Source: an uncultured Alphaproteobacteria bacterium
Lineage (GTDB): Bacteria > Pseudomonadota > Alphaproteobacteria > Methylaequorales > Methylaequoraceae
Reading direction: 5' to 3'
Assembly (NCBI GenBank): GCA_902563305.1
Contig: CACEWP010000003.1
Location: 35,951 to 99,950, forward strand
Length of the DNA stretch: 64,000 nt
A program made the position numbers and the translations under genes. The notes under the pieces are model-generated. The model saw nothing but the letters and a program-made list of their open reading frames with translations. It did no database searches and had not been told where the DNA came from. Positions 42,142 to 51,885 of this stretch are shown piece by piece (position 1 is the stretch's first letter; each line of letters starts with the position of its first letter).

Positions 42142-42873
42142 CTACCAAGGAATAATATCATCTTCATGAAAAAGACCTCCGCTTGGACCATCTTCGGGAA
42201 GTGTGGCTAATCTAATAGATGTTTTATAACTGTCCTCCACTTCTACTGGAGCATTTGGTCCACCTAATTCTGTTTTAACCCAACCCGGATGACCAGAGTT
42301 TACTTTAATTTTTGTGTCTTTAAGTTCAAGTGCAAGATGAATTGTGAATGCATTTAATGCAGTTTTAGAAGCATTATAGGCAAATTCTTTCGCTGGACTA
42401 ATTGGTGAATCTTTAGAGGAATGAAGCGTGAGTGAACTTAAAATTGTTGAAACATTAACTATTCTCCCAGCATCTGATTTTTTAATTAACGGGAGTAATT
42501 TTTGAGTCAAAGAAATTACAGAAAAAAAATTAGTTTGGAATGTATCTTTTATATCCTTATCACTCACAGTAGAACAGTTTGTTACAAATAAATTTCCTGT
42601 CAAAAGAACTCCTGCATTGTTAATTAAAATATCTAGTTTTTTATATTTTTCTGAAATGAAGTCATAAACCTTTTGCGGTGCATCTTGGTCAAATGCATCA
42701 TATTTAACTAAATCTACGTTAATACCATTAGATGATAATTCATTTAAAGCTTTTTTGCCTTTGTCTAAATCTCTAGAACCAAGAATTACCTGTATACCAG
42801 TTTCTGCTAATCTTTTTGCAGTTTCAAAACCTATGCCCCTGTTTGCTCCAGTAATAAACGCTATTTTTTCCAT
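42142..42873 (-). CDS. Classical short-chain dehydrogenase/reductase
   Basis: 243 aa with TGANRGIGFE, NNAG and the catalytic YNASK. Confidence 0.9.
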   Translation of the reverse strand: MEKIAFITGANRGIGFETAKRLAETGIQVILGSRDLDKGKKALNELSSNGINVDLVKYDAFDQDAPQKVYDFISEKYKKLDILINNAGVLLTGNLFVTNCSTVSDKDIKDTFQTNFFSVISLTQKLLPLIKKSDAGRIVNVSTILSSLTLHSSKDSPISPAKEFAYNASKTALNAFTIHLALELKDTKIKVNSGHPGWVKTELGGPNAPVEVEDSYKTSIRLATLPEDGPSGGLFHEDDIIPW

Positions 42874-42926
42874 ATTTACTCCTTAATAATGTAACTTTGA
42901 TTGTTTTAAATTTAATATTGTAACTT

Positions 42927-43805
42927 TTACATAGAGTTACTTAATACCATTATAATTGAATCAGTATTTTGAGATTTTTCCAAATCTTTTATGTAATTTT
43001 TATTTGCATCTTTATAAAGAGAATTTAGCTTTTTATCTCCTCCTGGTTTTTTTTTAATAAGCCATGATAAATGATTATCAATTCCATACCTCTGGAAATA
43101 AATAGTATTTTCAACAACAAAGTTTTGCTTTAATATTCTCTTTAAGGAATTACTCGAATAAGTGTAAGGATGTTGTGATTGAAAGAAAAAGTCATTGTAT
43201 TCTTTTACTTGGTACAAATTCATAATCGGATCAAATAGAGATGGAACTTCGAAAATTATCTTCGCATTGGGAGACATAAGTTTTTTAACTTTTATTAAGA
43301 AGTCTTGTGGTTTCAATATATGCTCAAAGACGTGAAAGAAACATATTACATCAAATTTTTTTTTTATCTGACTAAAATCATTGTATGTATTGAGCCATTT
43401 CAATTTTTTATAATTATTATTTGATAGTTTGTCTTTTTCTAGAGATGAGAGATTGAGTTTTTTTTTAGAATTTATTAGTTTTAAAAATTTTCCTTCACCA
43501 CTTCCAATTTCTAATAAATCTTTACAATTATTAATATAGTTTGAAATTTTCAAATATCTTCTTTCATTTTCCTCTTTCATTATTGTGTTTTTATATGAAA
43601 CCAAACCTATTTTTTTTTTTCTTGGTGTATATTTATTATAGTCTATTTCTGGCTGAGGAAATAAAAAAGTAAAGTCTCTTTTTTGATTTATAAAGACTTC
43701 TATTTTATCATCATCCCAGATTCCTTTTTTCAATAAGAAAAATTTTTCTTTATTCAAAGGTGAAGGTAGTTCTTTAATAAAATCTTTCAAAGAATCCCGA
43801 ATCAT
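42927..43805 (-). CDS. Class I SAM-dependent methyltransferase
   Basis: 292 aa with LLEIGSGEGKF (motif I) and VICFFHVFEHI. It contains an in-frame 11-nt homopolymer (43610-43620). Confidence 0.75.
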   Translation of the reverse strand: MIRDSLKDFIKELPSPLNKEKFFLLKKGIWDDDKIEVFINQKRDFTFLFPQPEIDYNKYTPRKKKIGLVSYKNTIMKEENERRYLKISNYINNCKDLLEIGSGEGKFLKLINSKKKLNLSSLEKDKLSNNNYKKLKWLNTYNDFSQIKKKFDVICFFHVFEHILKPQDFLIKVKKLMSPNAKIIFEVPSLFDPIMNLYQVKEYNDFFFQSQHPYTYSSNSLKRILKQNFVVENTIYFQRYGIDNHLSWLIKKKPGGDKKLNSLYKDANKNYIKDLEKSQNTDSIIMVLSNSM

Positions 43806-43991
43806 AGACGAAGTATAGTGTTAATATTTTTTATTGTCCACTAGAGATAAATAGCTGAAGCCTCAAATATGCAATTAAAAACTATAGTTAAATACTTTTT
43901 AATATTTGATTTCAAAAAAAGAACATTTTTTTAATTTTTTTTTTTAGTAAGAATGTTAGTTTTATAATCCTTAAGATTTAAATTTAATGAA

Positions 43992-44948
43992 ATGTCTAAA
44001 AAAAAAAAAAATTATTTGATTTACGCTTTTTATGATCGCATGGGTATTATTGACTTTCATGTTATAGAATCATTAAAAAACTACAATTTATTTTTTTCAA
44101 TTATTTTTGTTAGTAATATTAAAATCAACGAAAAAGAAATTATGAAAATTAACTTTGTAGAAAAAATAATTATAAGCGATCACAAGGAAATGGACTTTGG
44201 TAGTTGGAAATTGGGTCTAAATTTTTTAAAAAGAAAGAGATTTGAAAATATTTTATTAGTAAATGATTCAATAATTGGTCCTGGAAAAGGAATTAAAAAT
44301 ATTCTCGACACAATGAAAAATAAAAAATGTGATTTTTGGGGAATTACATCTGCAGGTGTTGGGAAAAATTATCATCTCCAAAGTTATTTTTTGTTTTTTA
44401 AAAAAAAATGCATTCGGAGTATATTCTTTAAAAAGTTTTTTTCTCAAGTAAAAAGATTAGAATCAAAAAGTGAATTAGTAAAACAATATGAAATCGGTTT
44501 AACACAGGGTTTACTTTCAAATGGAATGCATTGTAGGGCATTGTTATCTAATTTTAAAAGAGATATTCACTCTCAAGAAGAATGTATAAACCTATTCTTA
44601 AAAAAAAAATTACCGTTTTTTAAGGTAAAAAATATCGTTTCTAATCCCTATAGAATTAGAGGAATTAATAGAATATTTAAGTTATTAAAGCCTAGAGATA
44701 AATATCTTGAATATGTTAAAAGAATTAATGATAGTAATAGCCTAATCCATCTAAATTTTTTAATACCTCAATTTAAGAAGTTTTTCTTTTCTAGAAGGGT
44801 CTTATTAATAAGATCTAAAATTGTTTTTAACAATCGGATTTGGAGATTTTATATAAAGGTTTTTGGTATTTATATTTTTTTTTTAATGCTTCCAATAACT
44901 AAAAATTTTAATAAATTGTATAAATCGGATTCAAATTATAAAGATTAA
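43992..44948 (+). CDS. RgpF (rhamnan synthesis protein F)-like polysaccharide biosynthesis protein
   Basis: 318 aa. LIYAFYDRMGIIDFHVIESL, LVNDSIIGP and CDFWGITS...HLQSYFLFF match the RgpF pattern as I remember it. An A14 run follows codon 2. Confidence 0.5.
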   Translation: MSKKKKNYLIYAFYDRMGIIDFHVIESLKNYNLFFSIIFVSNIKINEKEIMKINFVEKIIISDHKEMDFGSWKLGLNFLKRKRFENILLVNDSIIGPGKGIKNILDTMKNKKCDFWGITSAGVGKNYHLQSYFLFFKKKCIRSIFFKKFFSQVKRLESKSELVKQYEIGLTQGLLSNGMHCRALLSNFKRDIHSQEECINLFLKKKLPFFKVKNIVSNPYRIRGINRIFKLLKPRDKYLEYVKRINDSNSLIHLNFLIPQFKKFFFSRRVLLIRSKIVFNNRIWRFYIKVFGIYIFFLMLPITKNFNKLYKSDSNYKD

Positions 44949-44967
44949 TGAATTAAAAAAAATTAAA

Positions 44968-45549
44968 ATGATAAAACTTGAAAGCCTAAAAAAATCTAAA
45001 TTATTTTGGTATTTTAAAAAGAAGCTTAGGATGAAAAGTCCAGACAAAATTTTGTTTGAGAAATCAAATTTTAATAGAATTAGTTTTATTCACAGAGCTT
45101 TAAGAAAATTTCCACAAAATAGTGCAAAGTACCTAGAGATTGGAGTTTTTCAAAATGCTGTCTTTGACACAATATATTTATCAGAAAAAAATAAATATGG
45201 TGTTGATCCGTCAACCGGAGGCAATTTAAGAATGACAAGTGACGAGTTTTTCTCAAACAATAAAACTTTTTTTGATGTAATTTTTATTGACGGACTTCAT
45301 CACTATGAACAATGTCAAAAAGATTGTATAAATGCTTTAAAATTCTTAAAGACTGATGGAATAATTCTCTTACATGACTTGTTGCCACAAAATGCTGATG
45401 AGGAGTATGTACCTCAGATGAATAAAACATGGACAGGTGACGTTTGGAAAGTGGCAGTAGAACTCAGCATGTCAAAAAATTTGGATTTTAGAATAGTTAA
45501 TATTGATCATGGTGTTGGTATTCTAAAAAAAAAAAAACAAAAAATATGA
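44968..45549 (+). CDS. Class I SAM-dependent methyltransferase (Methyltransf_24-like), apparently truncated by a frameshift in an A13 tract
   Basis: 193 aa with YLEIGVF and FDVIFIDGLHHYEQCQKD...ILLHD. The +1 frame is open from 45527 to 45664 and encodes KKKNKKYEYKVLNELRTKRFNTFFEIYYNKLPIVSSNEAMLFIDS. Confidence 0.7.
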   Translation: MIKLESLKKSKLFWYFKKKLRMKSPDKILFEKSNFNRISFIHRALRKFPQNSAKYLEIGVFQNAVFDTIYLSEKNKYGVDPSTGGNLRMTSDEFFSNNKTFFDVIFIDGLHHYEQCQKDCINALKFLKTDGIILLHDLLPQNADEEYVPQMNKTWTGDVWKVAVELSMSKNLDFRIVNIDHGVGILKKKKQKI

Positions 45550-45865
45550 ATATAAAGTTTTAAATGAACTTCGTACTAAAAGATTCAATACTTTTTTTGA
45601 AATTTATTATAATAAATTACCAATAGTTTCTTCAAATGAAGCTATGCTTTTTATTGATTCTTGATGGATGGCACATTTTATTTAGATTGATTAACTTAAA
45701 AGTTTTAAAAAACAAAAAAGATATTTATTAAAAAAAAAATTACACAAATTACAATAAGTAAAAACCAAAATATTTTATTAATCAAATCAAATTCGTTCAT
45801 AAATTATCAAAAAAAACGATAATGTATAATAACATAATATTTTTTTTTATATTTAACATTACAAA

Positions 45866-46507
45866 TTAATTAAAAAGAAGTTTAATTAACTTTTCTTCTA
45901 AATTTTTACTTATAAGATGCACACCCCTGGGGTTAGGATGCTTTCCGTCTTTTAAATTTAATTCCGGGTTAAGTGCCACACCATCTAGTAAAAAAGGTAA
46001 AAAAGAAACTCTGAATTTTTCAGCAAGATCAGGATATATTTTGTCGAATTCTTTCTTATATTTTTTTCCAAATGCCTCCTGAGATATCATACCTGCAAAT
46101 AGAACAGTAATATTTTTTTCTGTTAGAATTTCAAGAATCTTTTCTAGATTTTGTCTTACAAGACTGGGATCTATTCCTCTTAGCATATCGTTAGCTCCTA
46201 GACATAAAATCACAATATCTACGTCTTTTCCTTCAAGCAACCAATTCAACCTATTTAGTCCACCAGATGTTGTGTCTCCAGATACACTTGCATTAATTAC
46301 TTTTACATTGAACCCTTTAACTTTGAGACTTCTTTCTAAGACCGAAGACAAATGAAACTCCTCATCCAAACCATAACCAGACATTAAACTATCACCAAAG
46401 AGTACAATTTCTTGGTTACAATAAACTTTTACTGGTATAAAGTTTACTCCGATCATAGATATGAATAAAAGACTAGAAATGAAAAATTTGTATAAATTAG
46501 ATAACAT
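45866..46507 (-). CDS. tesA: SGNH/GDSL arylesterase (TesA-like acyl-CoA thioesterase I / lysophospholipase L1)
   Basis: 213 aa with a signal peptide, VLFGDSLMSGYG, GANDMLRG and DGKHPNPRG. It is divergent from a ybbA-like gene, as in E. coli. Confidence 0.85.
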   Translation of the reverse strand: MLSNLYKFFISSLLFISMIGVNFIPVKVYCNQEIVLFGDSLMSGYGLDEEFHLSSVLERSLKVKGFNVKVINASVSGDTTSGGLNRLNWLLEGKDVDIVILCLGANDMLRGIDPSLVRQNLEKILEILTEKNITVLFAGMISQEAFGKKYKKEFDKIYPDLAEKFRVSFLPFLLDGVALNPELNLKDGKHPNPRGVHLISKNLEEKLIKLLFN

Positions 46508-47147
46508 TCATCTTAACTATCATGTAAACGGAAATGATATCAAGGTTTTAAAAAATATAAATTTTGTAATAAACAAAAATGAAAGGGTAGCTATCATCGG
46601 TGAAAGCGGCTCTGGCAAAACAAGCTTATTAATGCTTATGTCTGGATTAGAAAAACCAACAACAGGTTCAATATTTTTTAATAATGAGAATTTATCAAAG
46701 ATTAGTGAGGAAAAAGTGACTCAGATAAGAAGAAAAAAAATTGGATTAATTTTCCAGCAATTTTATCTCTTACCAAATTATACTTCTCTTGAAAACGTTA
46801 TGTTTCCCATGCAAATAAATAACATCAAAAATGAAAAAAAAAAAGCTAATTTAATTCTTTCAGATATAGGTCTCGCTCATCGAAAAAATAATTTGCCCTC
46901 AGAATTATCAGGGGGTGAACAACAAAGAGTGGCGATTGCAAGAGCAATCTCATTTAATCCAGAGGTCATTTTAGCAGATGAACCTACTGGTAATTTAGAT
47001 GAAAAAAATACAGAACTCGTTTCTGATTTATTAATAAATTACTCTTTCAAAAAGAAAATAAGCTTAATTTTAGTAACTCACAATATGGGCCTTGTAAAAA
47101 AGTGTGACAGAGTCATAAAGTTATTTGACGGTAGCATAAAAGTTTAA
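46461..47147 (+). CDS. ybbA: ABC transporter ATP-binding protein (YbbA/LolD-like)
   Basis: 228 aa with Walker A GESGSGKTS, signature LSGGEQQR and Walker B ILADEPTGNLD. The start is uncertain; an alternative ATG sits at 46479. Confidence 0.9.
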   Translation: MNKRLEMKNLYKLDNIHLNYHVNGNDIKVLKNINFVINKNERVAIIGESGSGKTSLLMLMSGLEKPTTGSIFFNNENLSKISEEKVTQIRRKKIGLIFQQFYLLPNYTSLENVMFPMQINNIKNEKKKANLILSDIGLAHRKNNLPSELSGGEQQRVAIARAISFNPEVILADEPTGNLDEKNTELVSDLLINYSFKKKISLILVTHNMGLVKKCDRVIKLFDGSIKV

Positions 47148-47149
47148 AA

Positions 47150-49639
47150 ATGAATTTTCCAAAATATTTTCAGTTTTTTATAAAGGAACTTAATAAAAAC
47201 AGATCAAAGATTACAAAAGTTTTTTTTACAATATTTGTAAGTCTGTTAATTTTTTCTTCCGTTGTAATTTTAGAAAACAATATTGAAGGTGAAATTAAAA
47301 ATAATTCAAGAGTTCTCCTTGGCGGTGATTTAGAACTATCAACAAAAAATGAAGCTTTAGATTTGAATTTTTTAAATGAATTAAAAGAAAATTTCTTAAT
47401 TACAGAAGTTATTGAATTTTCTTCTATCATAAGAGCAGAAAATGAGAAAAACAAAGCCACTAGAATTAAAGTAATTGATAATTTCTATCCACTTGTCGGT
47501 AGAGCGATTGTAGAGCCTCCTGGTTCATTAAAAACACTAAAAACTAAACCCAATACTATTTTGATTGATAAAACGAGTCAAAAAAATCTTGGTTTAAAAC
47601 TCGGTGAAATAATAAAATTACAAAACACCCCATTTGAAGTCATTGGGGTTATAAAGAGTTTACCAGATATTGGCGGGTTCTTCGTTTTTGGAGATCAAGC
47701 TTTAATACACAAATCTAGCTTCAGGGATTTGAAAATTAATAATTTGGGTAGTTTTGTAGGGTTTAAATACAAACTTGTAAAAGCGGATAATAATAAAAAA
47801 TTACCTAGTAGTATAAGTAAATATAAAAATCTTGAAATTAAATACCCTGAAGATGTGAGTCAGAATTTAAAAAAAGCCATTGAAAATTTCATTTATTTTC
47901 TATCTATTATTTCAGCATCAGCTATTATTATTTCCGGTATAGGATTAAAAAATGCATTATTTTCTTTTTTAAGTAACAATCAATTAAAGATTGCAATTTT
48001 AAAATCACTAGGATTAAGCTCGCAAAATATTAAAGCATTATACTACTCACAAACATTATTGGTTCTAATATTTTGTTCACTTTGTGCGTATATATCAAGT
48101 CTGGTTTTAATTTCTTTTATAGATCAAAGTCTTTTAAATTTTCTGAAAATTGAACTAAAGGTCAAATTTAGAATATATGAATACTTAATAATTCAGTTTT
48201 TTAGCATTTTAATCTTCTTTATGTTTTCTAAACCAGTGTTAGATGTTATTGATCAAATTAAAGTAGCGGATTTATTTAGAAATTTTGATACACACTTGAA
48301 TTTAAATTATAGTCGAAGGTCGATTCTAGAAATTAGTACGTTAGTTTTAATTTTTATTTTCTCTTTTTGTATTTTAAATGTTAAACCTCAGCAAACAGCA
48401 ATATTTTTTCTCTTTTTTATAGTTATTAGTTTTTTTTACTTTTTTTTGTCTAAGTTCTACATTGTAATTTTAAATAAAATTAAAAATGTTAAAAATATAT
48501 TTTTTAAAATTGGAATCAAGAATTTAAGGGTATACAGCAGTCTTAATTCAACAATAATAATGACTATGGGAGTGGGGATGACAGTATTGTTTTTTCTCGG
48601 GATTTTGTCCTCAAATATTAACAAGGAGCTAAATAGCTCAATTCCAGAAAACGCACCTCATTATTTTTTTCTAGGAATTCAAAAAAATGAGATAAATTTA
48701 TTCTCACAACAAATTCGTCAAATCGATTTTCAAGCTAAGCAGATCATCGTACCCATGATATCAGCAAGAATAGAGACAATTAATAATAAAAAACCGAAGG
48801 AGATAATTGATGAAAAAAATAAAAGCTTTTGGTTTATTAACGGTGAAAGAAGAATATCTTGGTCCAAAGAGCCACCTAGTAATAATCCACTTGTAAAAGG
48901 GAATTGGTGGAATTCAGATCAAAGTAACACCTTGGAACTTTCATTAGATCACAAAGTTGCAAATGATCTGAAACTAGAAATAGGTGATTCTATTACATTT
49001 AATATTTATGGTAATTCAGTCTCAGGAATTATTAAGAATTTCAGAAAAGTTGATTATAGAGATCTAAACATTAATTTTGCGATATTATTTAATCCTGAGT
49101 ATGCGTCAAAAATTCCTCACGAATTTATGTCTACTGTGAAATTTAAAAATGATGATGCAGTGAATCTAGGTAATTTATTAAAAAAATTACCAGCAATTAA
49201 TTACATTAAATTATCAGATTACATAAAAAAAACAAAAAATTTTTTAAATAAATTATTAATCGTGAGTATTTTAATATCAGGCTTAGTTATCTTAATTGGT
49301 TTTATTGTAATATCTAATGCTGTTAGCGTAATAGGAAATCTCAAAGTTTATCAAAATCTAGTTTTAAGAATTTTAGGATTTGAGAAATCAAATATTATGA
49401 AGTTAATAATTTTTGAATCCTTGATACTGTTTCTCCCTGTTATCATATCATCGTTATTAATTTCTATAACATTTTCGTATTTTTTTATATCAAGTTTTTT
49501 TAATATTGATTGGTATTTTAATTTTTCAGTACCTTTGATTATTTCAATTTTTTTCTTATTTGTATTAGTCGTAACATTATTACTTTCGAATAGAAAGTAT
49601 ATTAATTTTAATGCTTACTCTTTATTAAAGAATGGATAA
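47150..49639 (+). CDS. ybbP: FtsX-family ABC transporter permease (YbbP-like, two FtsX modules)
   Basis: 829 aa with two blocks of 4 TM helices separated by large soluble loops. It lies immediately after the ybbA-like gene. Confidence 0.85.
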   Translation: MNFPKYFQFFIKELNKNRSKITKVFFTIFVSLLIFSSVVILENNIEGEIKNNSRVLLGGDLELSTKNEALDLNFLNELKENFLITEVIEFSSIIRAENEKNKATRIKVIDNFYPLVGRAIVEPPGSLKTLKTKPNTILIDKTSQKNLGLKLGEIIKLQNTPFEVIGVIKSLPDIGGFFVFGDQALIHKSSFRDLKINNLGSFVGFKYKLVKADNNKKLPSSISKYKNLEIKYPEDVSQNLKKAIENFIYFLSIISASAIIISGIGLKNALFSFLSNNQLKIAILKSLGLSSQNIKALYYSQTLLVLIFCSLCAYISSLVLISFIDQSLLNFLKIELKVKFRIYEYLIIQFFSILIFFMFSKPVLDVIDQIKVADLFRNFDTHLNLNYSRRSILEISTLVLIFIFSFCILNVKPQQTAIFFLFFIVISFFYFFLSKFYIVILNKIKNVKNIFFKIGIKNLRVYSSLNSTIIMTMGVGMTVLFFLGILSSNINKELNSSIPENAPHYFFLGIQKNEINLFSQQIRQIDFQAKQIIVPMISARIETINNKKPKEIIDEKNKSFWFINGERRISWSKEPPSNNPLVKGNWWNSDQSNTLELSLDHKVANDLKLEIGDSITFNIYGNSVSGIIKNFRKVDYRDLNINFAILFNPEYASKIPHEFMSTVKFKNDDAVNLGNLLKKLPAINYIKLSDYIKKTKNFLNKLLIVSILISGLVILIGFIVISNAVSVIGNLKVYQNLVLRILGFEKSNIMKLIIFESLILFLPVIISSLLISITFSYFFISSFFNIDWYFNFSVPLIISIFFLFVLVVTLLLSNRKYINFNAYSLLKNG

Positions 49640-49880
49640 ATCTCATAATAATCATTCTTCAACCCATAAAACTTCTTAATGTCTTCATATTTTTAAACTA
49701 GTAAAATTTTGTCCTTCAAATTTTTAGATGGATGAAATTTATAAGCTCTTTTAATATTTTCAAAAGACTTGTATTCCTGATCAGGCAGAAGTTATATATA
49801 TTACGAGGATATATAAAAATTAATATGGAAAGTTATAAGGTAAATTATCTTTTATAAACTATGCTTTTATAATATAATAA

Positions 49881-50306
49881 TTGTTAGGATTTTTTTATAA
49901 TATGAATCATCAGTATATAACAATTTTTTTTGACGGGAAGTGTAAATTATGTAACTTCTGGGTAAAATTTGTTATTAAGAATGATCAAAAAGATATCTTT
50001 AGGTTTTGTACATTACAAACAAAAGGAGTAAAAAAATTTCTCAAAATTGATGAAATTACCCTAGATACAATTTACGTCTTGGATAATAAAAAAATCTATA
50101 CAAAATATTTCGCTTCAACTTTTGTAATGTCTAAACTCAATAAATTTTTTTTGATTCCTTTCTCTTTAAACTTTATTTTTCCTAAGTTAATACTAAATTT
50201 TTTTTATGATCTTGTTGGCAGAAATAGATATAAACTTTTTGGCCAACATAATGAATGTATGGTGCCATCAGACTTTATAGAAGAAAAATTTATTAAAGAA
50301 TTATGA
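49881..50306 (+). CDS. DCC-family thiol-disulfide oxidoreductase (DUF393)
   Basis: The ITIFFDGKCKLCNFWVKFV (DG.C.LC) motif and the C-terminal GRNRYKLFG are present. The probable ATG start is at 49902. Confidence 0.75.
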   Translation: MLGFFYNMNHQYITIFFDGKCKLCNFWVKFVIKNDQKDIFRFCTLQTKGVKKFLKIDEITLDTIYVLDNKKIYTKYFASTFVMSKLNKFFLIPFSLNFIFPKLILNFFYDLVGRNRYKLFGQHNECMVPSDFIEEKFIKEL

Positions 50307-51718
50307 CTCAAGAAATAGTTGATTTTTCTTTTTATTTATTTATCTATTGTTTTTCATTAAAAATTTATTTCTCTGCAGAAGCAATTGATTTTCATTGGGC
50401 GCATGTAGGTAGAAAAAATAAGCAAGTAATCTTGTTTATTTTATATACAATTCTAGTGCTTAATTTTTGTTTATTATTCGGTAACTATGTAAATATAATA
50501 TTTCTTATAATTTATTTTTTATATATGTATGCATATTCTAAATCATCCTTTTATGGGCTTTGTGATATCTACATAACACCATTACTTTTATTTTTTATTT
50601 TTTATCAGCCAAACTTTTTTTATTTTTCAAATTTAGATTCTATGATTTTTAGTGGAACTTATTTACCTCAGGTTTTCTTATCTGTACTAGGTGGATTAAT
50701 TTTCTTTTCAGCTGGTTTTGAAAAAGGCAAGTCTGATATTTGGAAGAAGAATAAAGCTGTATTACTCTTCTTTTTAAATCCAAAATTTAAAAAAATATCA
50801 ATCCCCCTAACTGAAATTTCTAAGAAAATTTTAATTTTCTTAAATCCAGTTATTGTTTATTCTCAGCTCTCTTTAATTTTTTTTTTATTATTCCTACCAT
50901 TAAAACTCTCTATTATTCCAATTTTTGTTATTTTTCTTTTTTTAATTACACTATCTATTTTTTTTCATTATAGTGACTTAACACTTCCATCACTAATTCT
51001 TATTTTAGTGACATTTCATTCAGTGATGATTATTGAAAACACTTTTTTACTTGGATATATTTATGAATCATATGGTTATATGAGTCTCATGGAAAAGGTA
51101 TTACTTTTTTCATTTAGTTTGTTAGTAATAGGGTCATTTATTGTAACTACGACTCCAGATAATTTATTAAAAAAAAATAAATTTTTAATTTATATAAAAA
51201 GAATCGTAAGATTTTCAACAGGACTAATCAATGTTTCGGTCTATAACGAAGATCATTTAGACAAGCCAGTGGTACAGAAATTTTTTATTAAAGATAAAAA
51301 TAAAAAAAGGGAATTATTTCAACTTTATAATAATGATGGAACTCCATATTTAAAAAATACGTTTTTTCTTCCGTCCGTTTATCTTTGTATTTCATTTAAA
51401 ATTTTAGATATTTTAAGGCAAATAGATAACAAGGGTAAACTTGATAGAGATAACTATAAACTTTTGCAAGGAATTATTTTTTTTATGATAAAAAAATATA
51501 AACTTAAAAAAAATGCGATCATCTTTTTTCTTAGTATCTATCAATTTGATGCGGAAGATTTATTTACTAATACCAAAACCAAAAATAAAAATTTTGAAGA
51601 TGTTTTAAAGATATCTTTTAAAAAAGATAAAGAACTTAAAATTGATAAACTATATCCAAAAACATTGACGTATGCTTCAAAGAGATCAGTTGATTATAAA
51701 AGATATACATTTAATTAA
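50303..51718 (+). CDS. Polytopic membrane protein with a C-terminal soluble domain (function unknown; HTTM-like is only a guess)
   Basis: 471 aa with about 8 hydrophobic helices in the first 290 aa. Its start overlaps the DCC gene stop (ATGA). Confidence 0.6.
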   Translation: MTQEIVDFSFYLFIYCFSLKIYFSAEAIDFHWAHVGRKNKQVILFILYTILVLNFCLLFGNYVNIIFLIIYFLYMYAYSKSSFYGLCDIYITPLLLFFIFYQPNFFYFSNLDSMIFSGTYLPQVFLSVLGGLIFFSAGFEKGKSDIWKKNKAVLLFFLNPKFKKISIPLTEISKKILIFLNPVIVYSQLSLIFFLLFLPLKLSIIPIFVIFLFLITLSIFFHYSDLTLPSLILILVTFHSVMIIENTFLLGYIYESYGYMSLMEKVLLFSFSLLVIGSFIVTTTPDNLLKKNKFLIYIKRIVRFSTGLINVSVYNEDHLDKPVVQKFFIKDKNKKRELFQLYNNDGTPYLKNTFFLPSVYLCISFKILDILRQIDNKGKLDRDNYKLLQGIIFFMIKKYKLKKNAIIFFLSIYQFDAEDLFTNTKTKNKNFEDVLKISFKKDKELKIDKLYPKTLTYASKRSVDYKRYTFN

Positions 51719-51885
51719 GTCTTCATTATGCTTTTAAATTTTACAACTAATTGCCTATAGTTTTTAAAAACCTCTAAAGTTATTAAAAAAAATTATGAAG
51801 GTTAAGAATAAAAAAATTTAAAAAATTCAAAAAACTTGTTAAGTTGTATAAATTTAATTAATACAACTTAGTTAAAATTATTTTT

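Noticed and set aside
45708-45800. 30-aa hydrophobic minus-strand sORF (MNEFDLINKIFWFLLIVICVIFFLINIFFVF).
   Set aside because: It has no ribosome-binding site and no conservation evidence available to me. T-rich sequence automatically yields Phe/Leu/Ile-rich peptides.
49683-49784. Start-less 33-codon minus-strand fragment (LLPDQEYKSFENIKRAYKFHPSKNLKDKILLV) that could be a gene remnant.
   Set aside because: It is too short, has an in-frame stop immediately upstream and shows no recognisable family. I kept it only as a note.
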